A stretch of DNA of 62,939 nt, filler included, from Choristocarpus tenellus KU-1152 (lineage: Eukaryota > Protista > Phaeophyceae), in the NCBI GenBank assembly GCA_964200185.2. It is 9 parts of 9 records of this genome, joined end to end, with 100 filler letters (N's around TTAATTAATTAA, not from the genome) between each part and the next. Parts side by side here need not be neighbours in the genome. Positions count along the whole stretch, not along the records: positions 8,889 to 14,740 come from CAXNAD020009593.1; positions 14,841 to 20,379 come from CAXNAD020010475.1; positions 20,480 to 25,359 come from CAXNAD020012687.1; positions 25,460 to 35,989 come from CAXNAD020002873.1; 5 more parts are not named here. One strand, 5' to 3'. The position numbers were made by a program, and so were the translations under genes. The notes below the pieces were generated by a model. That model did not search any database. It was not told the DNA's origin and saw nothing but the letters and a program-made list of their open reading frames with translations. Position 1 is the first letter of the stretch; the number at the start of each line of letters is the position of its first letter. Below are positions 13,230 to 25,551 of the stretch, piece after piece.

Positions 13230-13400
13230 AATTCCTGTCCCTCCCCTGTCTCAATCTCCTACAAATCGCATCCCGCAATGTAACTGCCCTCATTGCTTCT
13301 GCAATCCCTGGATCATCTTACAACACCCTTAACACAATCCACTATTTTTACATTCGAGAAACTTTCCTTCGTCTCATCTATACAACCCTTGCATTCTAGT
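13230..13400 (+). mobile_element. Copia RNase H C-terminal remnant
   Basis: RNVTALIASAIPGSSYNTLNTIHYFYIRE resembles DN..Al.ia.n...s.rtKHI..rffyIRE. Confidence 0.4.
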
Positions 13401-14740
13401 CCTCTCTTGTCTTCTTAGTCTTTCGCTCTCTTATTTTGACCCTCTAGCAGCAACCTCCACCTGCTCTCCTTTCTCAGCAAACTGCTTAAGTGTACATCAC
13501 CTTTCCACATCATGCATACAAGATACTTTGGAGCATTTTCTAGATGATTATCTCCAACAGGAGCAAAAAGGTTTGTGTTTGCCACAGAACCTGATTTAGT
13601 TAGAATGTTAGGGCTGGGTCAACGTTTGGGGACCAGCACGCAGTCAAGGTTCCACATTTCCAGGTCTACAGGATGGGTCTTTATTGGATGTCAGAAAAAA
13701 GCGCGATGAGGTCGACATTTGACACCATTCCCAGAACCCATGGTAGTACGATTTGCGAACCTTTGAGCCTAGAAGCAACAAAACTTGGGCACACATATCA
13801 AGAATGAGTTCTCCATATACTACCCTACCCCAGTAATACATCATGGCAACACATAAAATTCTGAGGCTTCAGCCCTAGTAGTGTCACAAGGTGAAGACTG
13901 GGACTGAGTTGATGCCACAATTGTGGTGATAGGACAGTCTTTAGTCTAAACTCCACTCGAATTGGAGGTACGGGTTCACATGCCACCACTGGGAAGAACA
14001 ACACTGTAGAGGGTTACTGTTCTGCGCTTCCTGTGCCATCTTCTCGCCCTTGCTATTTTTGTTGATCTTCTTCTGCCAGCACCTGCTCTCCATCATGGTG
14101 TTCTGGAGGATACTTCCCATCATTCGTCCGTTCAATGACCCTGCATCTAGTCAAACCCTTCTCATTACGATAAGTCAACATTTCCAATTGTTGCTCTGGA
14201 GTATTTTCCCAGAACTTTAAGAGCAGGTGCCACAAAGAGCAATCGAAACCAGGTCAGCGGGACAATGTCAGACACAGGGGTAAGGTGAAAAATGGTAAGA
14301 AACGTGAGCGAGAGCAGCAGGGATATGTGCCAAAATAGGACAGACGCACTTGGCAAATTTGTAGTGCATCGCATGCATTCTGTTGTATAAAAATCATTTA
14401 ACAATCAGGGATGAGTGACTACAATTACTTCCAGAGAATATTATACTTAAAAGAATATTAACTATTACTTCAATACCTACAAAAAAATTGAGGAGTCCCA
14501 CAACCAGAGTTGAAAGGTAGTTAGAACAAGGAAATACAAAATGCTTAAGGAGATGCAAATACCATAGGACAAACAACTATAGAGGAAAACAGAGAATGAG
14601 AAGAAAAAGAAAGAAGAAAACAGTCAGTGTATCTACAAATAGTTACGAAGAGAAGCCCATGTGTAATGTGTTCGATTAGACTCTTTCAACTCTATCGGAC
14701 AGTTACGGTAAAATATGTATGGAGTAATGGAACAATCAAT

Positions 14741-14840
14741 NNNNNNNNNNNNNNNNNNNNNNNNNNNNNNNNNNNNNNNNNNNNTTAATTAATTAANNNN
14801 NNNNNNNNNNNNNNNNNNNNNNNNNNNNNNNNNNNNNNNN
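14741..14840. other. Artificial contig linker
   Basis: N44-TTAATTAATTAA-N44. Confidence 0.98.
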
Positions 14841-15124
14841 ATCCACAGGGCGATGGCTTCCCAGTTGGTGGGGGGGGGCCACAACCTCAGGGGAGGTTAG
14901 GTGGGGATAGCTGGGGGGGGGGAGGGATTTATAACCATGAGGGAGTCTTTTCGAGTACTTAGGTGGTTACTTGGGTGCGCGCACGCGCGCGCGCGTGTGT
15001 GTGTGTGTGTGTTTATCCTCACTATTATGTTACTCTCTGGGGGGGGGGTTATTTTGGACAATCGGTTTATTGTTTTGTTAATTGATTATCATGACTTGGC
15101 CCTTTTGACCACATTTGCAACATA

Positions 15125-16909
15125 CCTCCGAATTAAATGAAACACAACTTTTGCAAGCTTCCGTTCTCGCCCGGGAACGACCCACGTGATGAACCCTCTG
15201 AACAAAGCTTAGTTCTCATATACATTGGGAGGCATGCAAATTTTGAGATGGCGTGCAGAGTCAGTCGATCGCGCGGCATTTTATGGTGTTCAAAAACCTC
15301 TTGAAGCTGTCGAAGCGGGTGTTTATTGGGATGCCTAGGACAGAGTCCCCCCAGCGTTCGAGCCGTTCGCTGACCGCGCTGTTGCCCATTGGTTCCAATT
15401 CTTCAACCCATAAATCTGTCTGGGGTTCACACTCAAACACCAACGCCTTCAGCGAAGAACAACGCCATTGGTGGTGACACGATGCCCGGAGGTGAAAGGG
15501 TGTGAGATTGAGGTACGTCAGGGGACAGTGGCAGCCGTTGTGGGGGACTTTCGAATTTCCCTAATCACCATGTTCAGTCATCTGAAGGAGTATGATAGTC
15601 AGATCGCACAGGTGGATGTATTGACCTTGTATGACATTGCACAAGGGGTGATGTGGCCACTGTACCAGTATCCTCTTACGTTTGGGATTTACCATCGGTG
15701 TATACCACGCATCCTTCTGCATGTGGGCGGTCAAAGCTGGAGTCTCCCTTACCTCGTTGTGGGATCTGCACAAGCGTGAGAAGGTGAAGAAGGTTAGTCG
15801 GTGGATTGAGCCAGTCCTCTCAGGCCTGCAGAACGTCAACAGGGTGGGTTTTGTCATCAGTCGCAAAAGCACAGGAGGGGGGGAAGTGGGATATTAGGGG
15901 ACAATCTGTATGACTGTGTGAATGTGGACGACGAGGGGTTATACATCCTCTAAGGTGGTCAAGGTGTGTATCTGCACCCCACTGAGGACCCCCCGCCCCC
16001 AAACACCTGCAGGCACAGAATAATTGTTACGTCACAGAATAGGCGCTACACTGTGAAGGTGATGTCCCTTGCAGTTGTGGTTCGCCCTAGGGAGCTCTCC
16101 AACAGGGTGTGTTTCAATGGGAAATCGGGATCCGGCTAGTCGTGGAAGCTAAGATTGCTCAGCGCTTGCTCCAGCAAACACCGCCCCAATAGCACCAAGG
16201 TGCTTGTGCCAGCCAAGGTGGGCGAGTAGAGGTGTAAGGTCATGATTGAGGATGTCATCTCGGCAATCAAGGATACACCTACATGCCTAGCCCGGAAGGA
16301 TACACATCTTTGTACAGCAGGATGGGGCAAAGCTACGCACCAATGGGGGGGATCATGGCGGTAATTGAGGATGCGGTGGGGGACGACATTTTCGTAGAGA
16401 GCCAGTCAGCCAACTCACCTGGCATCAATGTCAACGACCTGGGATTCTTTCATTCCATCCAGCAACTGAAGGAGGACGTGGGGGCGACCAACAAAGAGGG
16501 GCTGGTGTAGGTCACAATGGAGGTAGGTGTTCAATGCGTACCCCCAGGAGACACTAGAGTGCATCTGGCAGAGCCTCTTCACAGTCTACGGTGAAGTGTT
16601 GGGGTCCGAGGGTGGCAATATCTTCAAAATTCTCCATCTTAGCAAGGAAAGGGTTGAGAAGGCGGGTGAGCTCCCCCTGGGTGTCCTGGTGGATGCAGCG
16701 GAATGCAGTGCTGGAGGGGAGTTATGGAGGGCTTCGGGGGTGGAGTCATAGATAGGATTAGGCTGCCCCATTTTGGTTGAGATGTTGGTGGACAGCCTTT
16801 TTAGTGTTTGCACAGGACACCCATTAAATATGACCATGTGAAAAAAAGGATACTGCTTCTTCGTCGGGTCTGTAAAAGTTATGTTACATTTAATTCCGAA
16901 CAGAGGAAC
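15125..16909 (+). mobile_element. Near full-length plant-type mariner transposon (about 1.8 kb), transposase pseudogenised
   Basis: TA at 15123-15124 and 16910-16911. TIRs are cctccgaattaaatgaaacacaactttt (left) and the reverse complement of gttcctctgttcggaattaaatgtaacataactttt (right), which are Stowaway-like. Transposase motifs VQQDGAK and QSANSPGINVNDLGFFHSIQQL, with frameshifts. Confidence 0.92.
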
Positions 16910-17260
16910 TATTCCATTATACTTTCTTTTTCTCTCTCTCTTGCAAAGACTCTGTGCCGATTGGAATACGGCTGCTTGCACCAGTGTTCCAGCAAAATGT
17001 TAATATTGTTGTCGTAAAAATATGAAACATTTCAACCACTCCTCCCCCCCCCCCCGGGACTCAAACAAACAAATACACCCCACGCCATCACCATCCCACA
17101 CCCATTTGCGCACAGCACAAANNNNNNNNNNATATTGTTGTCGTAAAAAAATGAAACCTTTCAACCCCCCCCCCCCCCCCCCCCGGGCTTGAACCCAACA
17201 TTGCCCCCCGATGTTTTCATCATGTGCATGGTGTTGCCCAAATGATCAAACTTTTGGCAG

Positions 17261-17615
17261 ATGGAGGCTGCAGCTTTGCAAGCCCAGTGGGCAATGCATC
17301 AACACTATCAGCAGCATTGGCAACAGAACCACCAGACAGCTGGAACTGCCAGTTCAAGTACTAGTACTGTGGTTCCCCGAAAACCTCGGTCTATGCAGAG
17401 AAAGGCCTCTGGGGGGGGAGGGACAGGGGCAGCAGGGGGTGGAGGGCTAATGGTACCATCCAGCGCATTGNNNNNNNNNNAGCGCATTGCTAGCTGTGGG
17501 GGGGAGCAGGAGGGGTTCAAAGGCATCATCTTCTGAGGATGCCCTGGAGGAAACTCAGAGGGGTGGGGAGAGGGCAGGAGAGGTTGTTGAGGATTTTGAC
17601 CCTAGGGGGGTTTGA
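17261..17615 (+). CDS. Terminal exon of an unidentified Q/G/S-rich protein, ending EDFDPRGV*
   Basis: Acceptor cttttggcag. The frame MEAAALQAQWAMHQHYQQHWQQ... continues to TGA at 17613-17615 if the N10 gap (17471-17480) is closed by merging the 9-mer agcgcattg duplicated on both sides. Confidence 0.6.
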
Positions 17616-18800
17616 TGAGATTAGACCAAGAAGGTGTTGTGTTGTCATTCTGGGTGATCGTTGACTTGGGTAGGTTGAGAGATGAGGAGGGCAGGATTGA
17701 GGTTATGTGGTGGTGCACTATGGGTGAAGTGTTGCCATGAATAGTTGTGGCTGGATGTAGCTGTTATAGTGTAGCTACGTTGATGTTGAGATGGATTACT
17801 TGGTTTTGTGGTTATTGGTGTAGTTTGAGGTGTGTGCATACGGTTGATGCAGGTGGGGTAGGATGGGTTTGAAGGAGGAAAAATATCTGGTCCAAAATAT
17901 GTGGTGGTGATGGGCTAGAGTTTGGGTCAGGAGAAGGATGTAATCATATCCCAAACACTAGGTGACATGTGTGACAGGTACTGGATCTCTGTCCTTGTTA
18001 TGGGGGGGTTGCTTTTGGGGTGGACTGGGTGAATAATGGTGGAAGATGGTCCAGCGCTCAGTAGTCTTGAGAAGGGCTATATTTTCTGTCAGTAGTGCTG
18101 CAGGGCGCCCTGTAGCAGGTGGTCAATGAATAAAGGAGGAGGCGGAGGGTGTAGAAATGGAGGTGTGCTTAGCCGTTGCTATTCTTACTTTGAAGTAAAA
18201 GGGTACAAGGAGGTGGCAGTGTGAAGATTTGTTTTTCAAGGATGCAGGCACTACGTAAAGTGTGCATGAAATTTCTAACGAACACTTGAAGTACTCTGTG
18301 ATACATTACAGCTGCAAGTGTTTGTTATTGTGTATGTGGTGAAGGGTGATGGTAATGAATGTTGAGTAAATCCATGAAGAGGGACGAGGGAGGGAGGAAG
18401 GGGGGAGAAGGGGGAAGGGGGAAGAAGAGGAGGAGTTACACTAGGGGTATGGTAGGCATGCATATTTTATTGAGTGCGGAAAATACAAGAAAGCTGGCAG
18501 TTATGTCTTTGCCAAGAGCTTTGATTGGGGCGGATGATCAGTGGTACTAGAGCTACAAGGAGCAGGGAGGATATCCAACCCTCTCTGTAGATGCGTGCAT
18601 AAGGGGTTTAGTTCTGACTAGGGCGGAGGGTCTATGAGGAGAGGGAGGGCAGGGGGTGCATTTGTGGCTATGGTTTGCTACAGGATGTTGCGTAGATGAG
18701 GAATGAAGGATGTGTATGTGTGAATTCCGGCAGTGTTCCAGTGTACTGCTATCATTTTTTTGCCAAGGTGAAGCTAGGGAGAAGAGTCCGTAAGATTTTG
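17590..18800 (-). mobile_element. Degenerate Copia pol (integrase, SH3, start of RT) remnant
   Basis: Scattered motifs in Copia order on the minus strand (TIATNAP, APIKALGKDIT, TYTITNT..NVSQS, QHNTFLV..PLGSK), with strong strand skew and many stops. Confidence 0.35.
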
Positions 18801-20278
18801 GGGGGGCTTCTAATCCACTGTGTGCTTTGTGTATTTGTGTGTTCGTGCGTAATGTTATTTGTGTGTTCTCCAGTATACACTAATGGGTTTCACCCTCCCC
18901 CATCATGACTCGATAACCTTCTTCCATGCATTTCCGTCCAGGAAGTTTCGTGTGGGCTGAGTGAGATTTTGTTTTTTGGTGTGGCTGTCGCTGTGATCTC
19001 TCCCATAAAAATGGGAGCAATGCGTACAGACAGAGGGAGCATTATTATTGTTATTGTTACTGATTGAGCAAATGCATGGGGGGGATGGATGGCTATGGTA
19101 TAGTATGTGCGTGTGGCGTGGGGGGTGTAAAGTCATCTGCTGCGTATACTGTATGCAATAAGATTGATTGCACACACACCCTCCTGCCTGGGTGTTTTTC
19201 TGCTGATTTTAGTTTTGTTCATGATGCTGATCATTGCTTTGATTCGTTGTGTTTTTTCGCAGTAGATAAGAGATAAGATCATTGTTAATAGTGGGCGACA
19301 CAGGAATACATACTGCTCTGGAGTACTTACATACAGTAGTTACCCAAACTGCTAAAATTAATGCCTTAGAGCTCTGTCAAGATTTTTTGCTTGTTTGACT
19401 ACTTTGTTTGTGCCACAGCGACTAGAGTAGGTGGATTGCGCCTGTGTGACTCTGAGACAGGATATGATGCGCCACAGGTTGCGTTTCAATAATAGTGAAG
19501 TGAAAAGAGTTAGGGTTTGGGCTGGATGAGAACGTGTTAAGTGTTGAGATGTCACTGTACCAGTGGGGCATTAAGTTGGACGACGTCAGTCAATAGGTAT
19601 AGCTAGTCTTGCCCTCAGGAATCGTATCCAGTCCTGGTGTGTGTCTCTGTGTATGGTGGAAGTGAACATTCATCTTCTCTCTGTTGCTGTTTGACAAAAA
19701 CGTTCTGTATGTAGTATACCTCGCACAAGTTGGTAAAACAAAATCAACTAAAACGCTTTTTTACGATACACCATACATGACGAAACTTTCTTTTTCCAAA
19801 CAAGGACATATGTATGGAACAAAGATATGGCTGCAAGTGTTACCTAATGGCAGACATTACAGAGAGAATGGGAGTTGCGAGTTTGCTGGACAACGGAGGG
19901 TGTAATGAGGGAGTCATGAAGACATGCATTTTTCCAATTCGCACTATTTCTTGTTTCTTGTCTACATTTCTTCCATTGTCGTTTTCTTTTCAATCCGTCT
20001 CTGAATACATCGTAGCCTTAAGAAGGTCAAACTCGTTATTTTGTGTGCAAGAATAGTTCAGCAAACAGTTGCGAGCATTGTCCTGAACAATGGATATTGT
20101 AATTACAGGGGATGACCCAGTGCATCCTAAAATATCTCCTATCCCTTCCTAATATATACACTATTTCGTGGTAATAGCCCTCATACGCACAATAATGTGT
20201 ACAGAAAATCAATATTTTTCCTTTCGTACCAATTATGCGGACTGTGCCACATCAAACAACGACAGTCTTGCCTCGGCA

Positions 20279-20379
20279 TATAACAGGGGATTCGCAAAAT
20301 TGAGGATGGTTCTGGGAAAACCGTCTTAAAAAAGTACCGAAAGGGTTTTTTTTGCGACTGTATTTGCACTTAGAAGGGC
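20279..20379 (+). mobile_element. End of foldback/MITE family C, cut by the contig end
   Basis: tataacaggggattcgcaaaattgaggatgg, nearly identical to 43533-43563 and to the reverse complement of 25523-25551. Confidence 0.65.
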
Positions 20380-20479
20380 NNNNNNNNNNNNNNNNNNNNN
20401 NNNNNNNNNNNNNNNNNNNNNNNTTAATTAATTAANNNNNNNNNNNNNNNNNNNNNNNNNNNNNNNNNNNNNNNNNNNN
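20380..20479. other. Artificial contig linker
   Basis: N44-TTAATTAATTAA-N44. Confidence 0.98.
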
Positions 20480-21514
20480 TCGTTTTGATCTGATAATTTT
20501 TTTGTTGTTGGGGGGGGGGGGGGGGGGGGGGTTCATGTGGGTGAGCAGTTGGTACAATTTGACAACTGTTTAGGCTCTGTTGCGTTAACTGCTTGTTTTG
20601 GAGTTGTTTTAGAGTTGTGAAGGCTTGTGAACTGATTGAAATCTGCAGTGTGGACTAGTGATGCTGATTTAGCAGCAGCCTTGCTCTTCAGAATCGTAAA
20701 TTCAAATTTGATTGGCTTGGTATGCACAAATTTGATTGGCTCATTTGAAAAAAGAATCCCTGGATTGCTTTGGTCCCAATGCTGACTCGCTCTGGCTAGC
20801 TCAATCATTCTTTCGCTATAGTGACTCTCACTCCATACATGAATCTGAACAAGTAGTGCAGACGAATCTGAGATGCAACGGTATATATTGTAGACATATT
20901 ATCACAGGTTTGGATTGTTCATATTTTATCTGGCTGAGGAAATTGATTTTTCTCCTTCCTCCTAAAACCCCACCACTAGTGTTGGTTAGTCCTACGGTGT
21001 ACTGACACACCTCATGCTTGGGTTTCCTCAGTACAGGTAAATGTTTCATGACGTTTTCTACGTGAATATGAAGTCTGTTCATTACCCCAGCAGCAATGAA
21101 CCAAAAACGAGCTGGAAGACCTAATCTGGAATAAGCATATGATGAATACTTTGATGAGCACTTTGAAGCAAGAATACTTGCTTGAGTATTGGCCAATTCT
21201 TGTCATCTGGATCTGGATGGAACGTTCAAGTTGTTCTGAAGGTGCTTGAGGCATCTCCTTTGGTGGAGGCATTCTTCAAGGGGAGACCTTACCGAGTCCA
21301 AAACTGCTGCTTGCTGTTTGTCAGGAGCCATACAACTATTGAGAATCCCGGTGCCATTACAACTGGAGTGGGTAGGGGAGGACAGGTTAAGGAAGAGGAT
21401 ATGGTGGATATTCCAGTGTATGTTTCTTTTGAAGACTAATTTTGTCCCAATCATTCCTCACATGCACTTACCGGCAACAGTCTCAAGACTCCCCAACAAC
21501 TGCAGATAGTTTGA

Positions 21515-21690
21515 GACCCAAAGTATCTTGGGGGGGGGGGGTCTATACCAGAGTGTCAATTTGAACCAAAACCAGGAAAAGTGCACTTTCATTATCCATC
21601 CGACGTATGGAACCAAATTACCCAAAAATCGCGACGTGAAAATTTTTGTCCCAAATGGACAGCCGCCACCCCTCCCAGTTACTCTGAGCC
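21515..21690. mobile_element. MITE family B copy
   Basis: TIRs gacccaaagtatcttgggg / cccagttactctgagcc; exact 4-bp TSD TTGA/TTGA. Confidence 0.9.
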
Positions 21691-22639
21691 TTGATAAGCA
21701 TCACCCTCACATGCGATGTTGTAGTTGAAGTACGGCCAATAACGGTAAGGCTTGAGTCAGCCCCCCCTGAGGAAGAAGAAACACCTATGGCCACCATGTC
21801 GCGATACATGAATTAAAACATGGTGATTATTTCATTAGCACTTCAAAGAATCATACTCCCAGTAGCACATATGGTCATCCTGAGGGAAGAACTTGATCTT
21901 CAGTAGTACGTGATGCACACTGTTCTCAGATCCACTGGCAGAGTTCAATCAGGTGGTAGAGTTAAGGAGGGTGGCCACTCCTCTCGAGGAGCCACCGGAA
22001 GGCTATGTGCAAGAAAATAAAAGGGAGATGGGTGGCTCTTCCGCTGCTACTGTAATATGTGTTGTCACATGGCTCCACTACTATTCATACTTAATTTTAG
22101 GAAGGCTAACTGAGAAAGTTGAGCATACTAGATGGTATGCGGTTGGCTACATAACAAGGCAAACACGGGCTTAGTGGGTGTGACATTCCTACTACTGCCA
22201 ATAATATTAGTCTCAAGTGCGCAGGCTGGCAATGACGGACTTTGATCCTCTTACTTGGTTGAATGAACCGATTGGTGCTGCTTCTTTTCTACGGCAACAC
22301 ACACTACATACAGCTATGAATTAAAAATATAAAGCTACTTGATTGTGTCTTTTTTCTTCCTTTTCGCAAGCAGCAAAGAGGGATTATAAAAAAGAATTAG
22401 GACACGGTCGAGGAATACCTTCTTCAGTCATGTTGTCAGTGTGTAACCAACTAGATCTACTGCATGTAGTGTATACAGTTCTAATTTGTACTTTGACCAA
22501 CAATCAAGAAAAGAACACTTCAAGGCACCCTTGCCGAGGCCTTCAATTTCTTCATTGACTGATGATGTTCTTGCCTTGAGGAGGGTCATATACACTACAG
22601 CTTGCCAAGTATGGATGTGAACACCTTGGACAGCATAAC

Positions 22640-23770
22640 ACTCAATACCATGTTATGCCCATAACACTGATGACGAAAACATGTGCAACACTGTGTAGTG
22701 CCTGCAACGCTCCAGTCCCTAAAGATCTACAAAGCCATTTGGTGCAACTAGCACTGGATCACAACAAAATGAACACTTTGTAATGCTCGTAACACTCCGA
22801 CCGGTCCGAAAAATGTGTATGTGTCATTTTAACGCAGTGCATATTATGCCACAACACAAAAACATGTAATGTTACAACATTATGTTGTGAGACAACATAG
22901 CGTTATGACTCAACACTCTCCAACGCGTTGTGAGAGCACCCCATCGCGTTTTGCTGTAACACAGCAAGTTATCAGAAACATGAAATGGAACATATCGCAC
23001 TCCTTATCGATAGACTTAACAGAATGTAGTACGTCTCAACCTTTTATTAGTCTCCAGTCATCTCTTCTGTCTCAATTGTTATATGTCGTGACTTCGATTT
23101 GCGATGGCAAATGTAGATGTTCCACGGTTTCATTGATGATCTTGTGAATGTTGTACATGCTTCTTAACCATGCAAGTACACTCGTCTTTATTACTTCGAA
23201 GTGTACTTCATGTTTCTTATCATAGTGCTGTGTCACGTATCTCCACATGGGCCAACACCCCTAATTTTGTTTTTCACTTCAAACAAAAAGTTACGTTGTA
23301 ACACAACAGAAGTAAACGAGAGATACAGCAGTTTTTGGTCATTTTGCACTATAAGCTAGTCATTCTATTGCAATTCACCCATATTTCTATGGATAAGTTC
23401 TAAGTTCCACTTCAGGGAGGGGGTGGATTTCTTTACTGTGTGAAACGTTTCAACACAATTCGGAATTTTTCTTACGAGCTTACGTTAAAACCCCAAATTT
23501 GCACATATTCGCCAGGATCCTTAATATGCAACTCTGGTTTACTTTAACTCTCGTTTCATAGTTTTTAACAATGTTACAGCACAACATGTCATTACATTAA
23601 ATTTTGTACTGTGACGCAACCTATGTTAATAATGTTGAAAGGGCAACACTATGTTACGCCCGTAGCACTGTAACAAAAATATATGCAACGCTACGTAGTG
23701 CATGTAACACCTCTACACCAAATCACACGCAACGTAACTCACAGTGTTGAAACATTGTGATACCAAATTG
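22640..23770. repeat. GTAAC/CAACA-rich region with a diverged direct repeat about 1 kb apart
   Basis: tgttatgcccataacactg..atgtgcaacactgtgtagtgcctgcaac (about 22651) versus tgttacgcccgtagcactg..atatgcaacgctacgtagtgcatgtaac (about 23652). Confidence 0.55.
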
Positions 23771-24589
23771 TAGTATCATCACAAGAACATACATTACAGT
23801 CGGCCAGTGAGCCGAGAATGTATGAAATGTTGCCCTTTCCATCATTTTTTACATTTTTTGTGTTTCTTCTTAAAATGATCGAGAATGCACCTGTTGAATG
23901 AAAAAAATTGAGAAACAGTAGAGCTCAAATTGAACACGTTTCAATATATTTCTTGGTGGGTATTCCACAGAGATCACACAGGACTAGTGACGCCATATTG
24001 TCCCTTTTTAGTAAATACACGAGTCATTCCCGAGCACATAGATGTGGTCTCGTGGTGTCACAATAACGTAAACAAGAATGAGAGGCCAAGGAACAACGGT
24101 AAGCAAGTACTTCAATCAAAATTACCACTAGCATATCAAGAACTCCAAACTCCGAATAAATAAAAGCACTTCAAACCAACAACAACAAGACACCACTAGC
24201 ATATCAAGAAATAACAATACAGAGCTTTACATGAAGTAATTAGTATTCCAAAACGTCAGTTACGAGTTCTCTATTATTTTTCTCACAAAGATAAAAAATT
24301 GTTCTTGCTGTGATTCAGGTTGTGCTCATCTACTTTTTCTGGTGTCACCCTGACCCTCATTTCAACAAAAAGCCAATGCATATATGTGTTTTCGATGAAG
24401 ACTTCTAATTCAAGGGAGCAGTCTCGGCAGTCAGCTGTAGATCATCGTACACATCTACAACAATTCACACATAATATTCCTAACACGCACACACACGAAA
24501 CACACACATCCAACACAAAACATATTCCCCCTGCCTCTTCAAACAGAATAAACCCTGCAATTTCCAGGCCAAGCAAAGGAAATGTGCAT

Positions 24590-25000
24590 TGATGCAAGTC
24601 GATGATATTTATACTTCAAGTCACCTCCTAAAGGCAACCAAATTGCACACAACAATCTCAAGGCACACCAGGCACAGACGGCACACTGGCTAAGAGAGTA
24701 AATGACTGAATTTCCAACAACCCAAAAACTGTCCACTGCTCTCTCTTTCTATGTATGCAGGCAGGTTCCTTCTTCCTCTTGAAAACAAATTGCTACAAAA
24801 CTTGTTGTGGCCTTGGACCACTGGAGAGTCACGGACCATACGCACAAGAGCATCATCGTTTCAATTATGTTCACGCTTGGTTCGCCTCAAACCCAATCTC
24901 AACCAGCAAGGGGAATGCAAAAAAGGATGGCAAGACTGTGCACATCACGAACCATTGTTGCGTTGACAATTCCCCAAGGAAAAAGGAAATGCCCAATTTA
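24590..25000 (-). mobile_element. Possible tyrosine-recombinase (DIRS/Ngaro-type) remnant
   Basis: Ordered weak motifs WFVMCTVLPSFFAF, VTLQWSKA and YSLSQCA..LGGDLKYKYHR echo W.a..l.FF.fLR / l..SKT / HSLR.G..lG.W.S..Y. The catalytic residues are not intact. Confidence 0.25.
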
Positions 25001-25296
25001 CCCCACTCCTTCAAAGCCAACAGGCACCAAATGCAGTCAGGTGCTAATAGCATACCATCCCCTCCACCAGACACCACAGTGCTCTCTAACCAGAAATACC
25101 AAACAACTCCTCCTGTGACCCCCAGCTCACTATCGAATCCATCCCTCACACCACACACAAAGTCTAACACAGTGGCAGGAAAGAACCCGCCCTTCACTCC
25201 TGGGTACCCTCGTGTCCAACTGAAGAAGAAGCCTTTCGTTTTGACTTCAATCTTCCTCCAGATGACAGGTTACTACCGCCTCCTCCTGCCCCCCCC

Positions 25297-25331
<35 letters not shown>

Positions 25332-25359
25332 CCCCCGCCCCCACCCCTCCCCCCGCCCC

Positions 25360-25459
25360 NNNNNNNNNNNNNNNNNNNNNNNNNNNNNNNNNNNNNNNNN
25401 NNNTTAATTAATTAANNNNNNNNNNNNNNNNNNNNNNNNNNNNNNNNNNNNNNNNNNNN
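25360..25459. other. Artificial contig linker
   Basis: N44-TTAATTAATTAA-N44, preceded by a poly-C tract. Confidence 0.98.
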
Positions 25460-25551
25460 ATGGGCTTGACCCAAAATTGACTGGGATAAAATTTTGGGTC
25501 AAGCCCATCCTCAATGAAAAGCTCCATCCTCAATTTTTGAAATCGGCTGTT
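25460..25551. mobile_element. Foldback/MITE family C half with central hairpin
   Basis: Perfect 19-bp inverted repeat 25460-25478 / 25490-25508 with an 11-nt loop, then ccatcctcaat twice, then the family terminus ..gaaatcggctgtta. Confidence 0.7.

Noticed and set aside
20533-21800. Candidate minus-strand exons (about 21011-21126 and 21711-21785) and a GSGW motif suggestive of Polinton polB on the plus strand
   Set aside because: The exons could not be chained in phase or assigned to a family, and GSGW alone is insufficient.
24755-25411. 218-aa proline-rich ORF
   Set aside because: Its length is inflated by the poly-C tract and the N linker.
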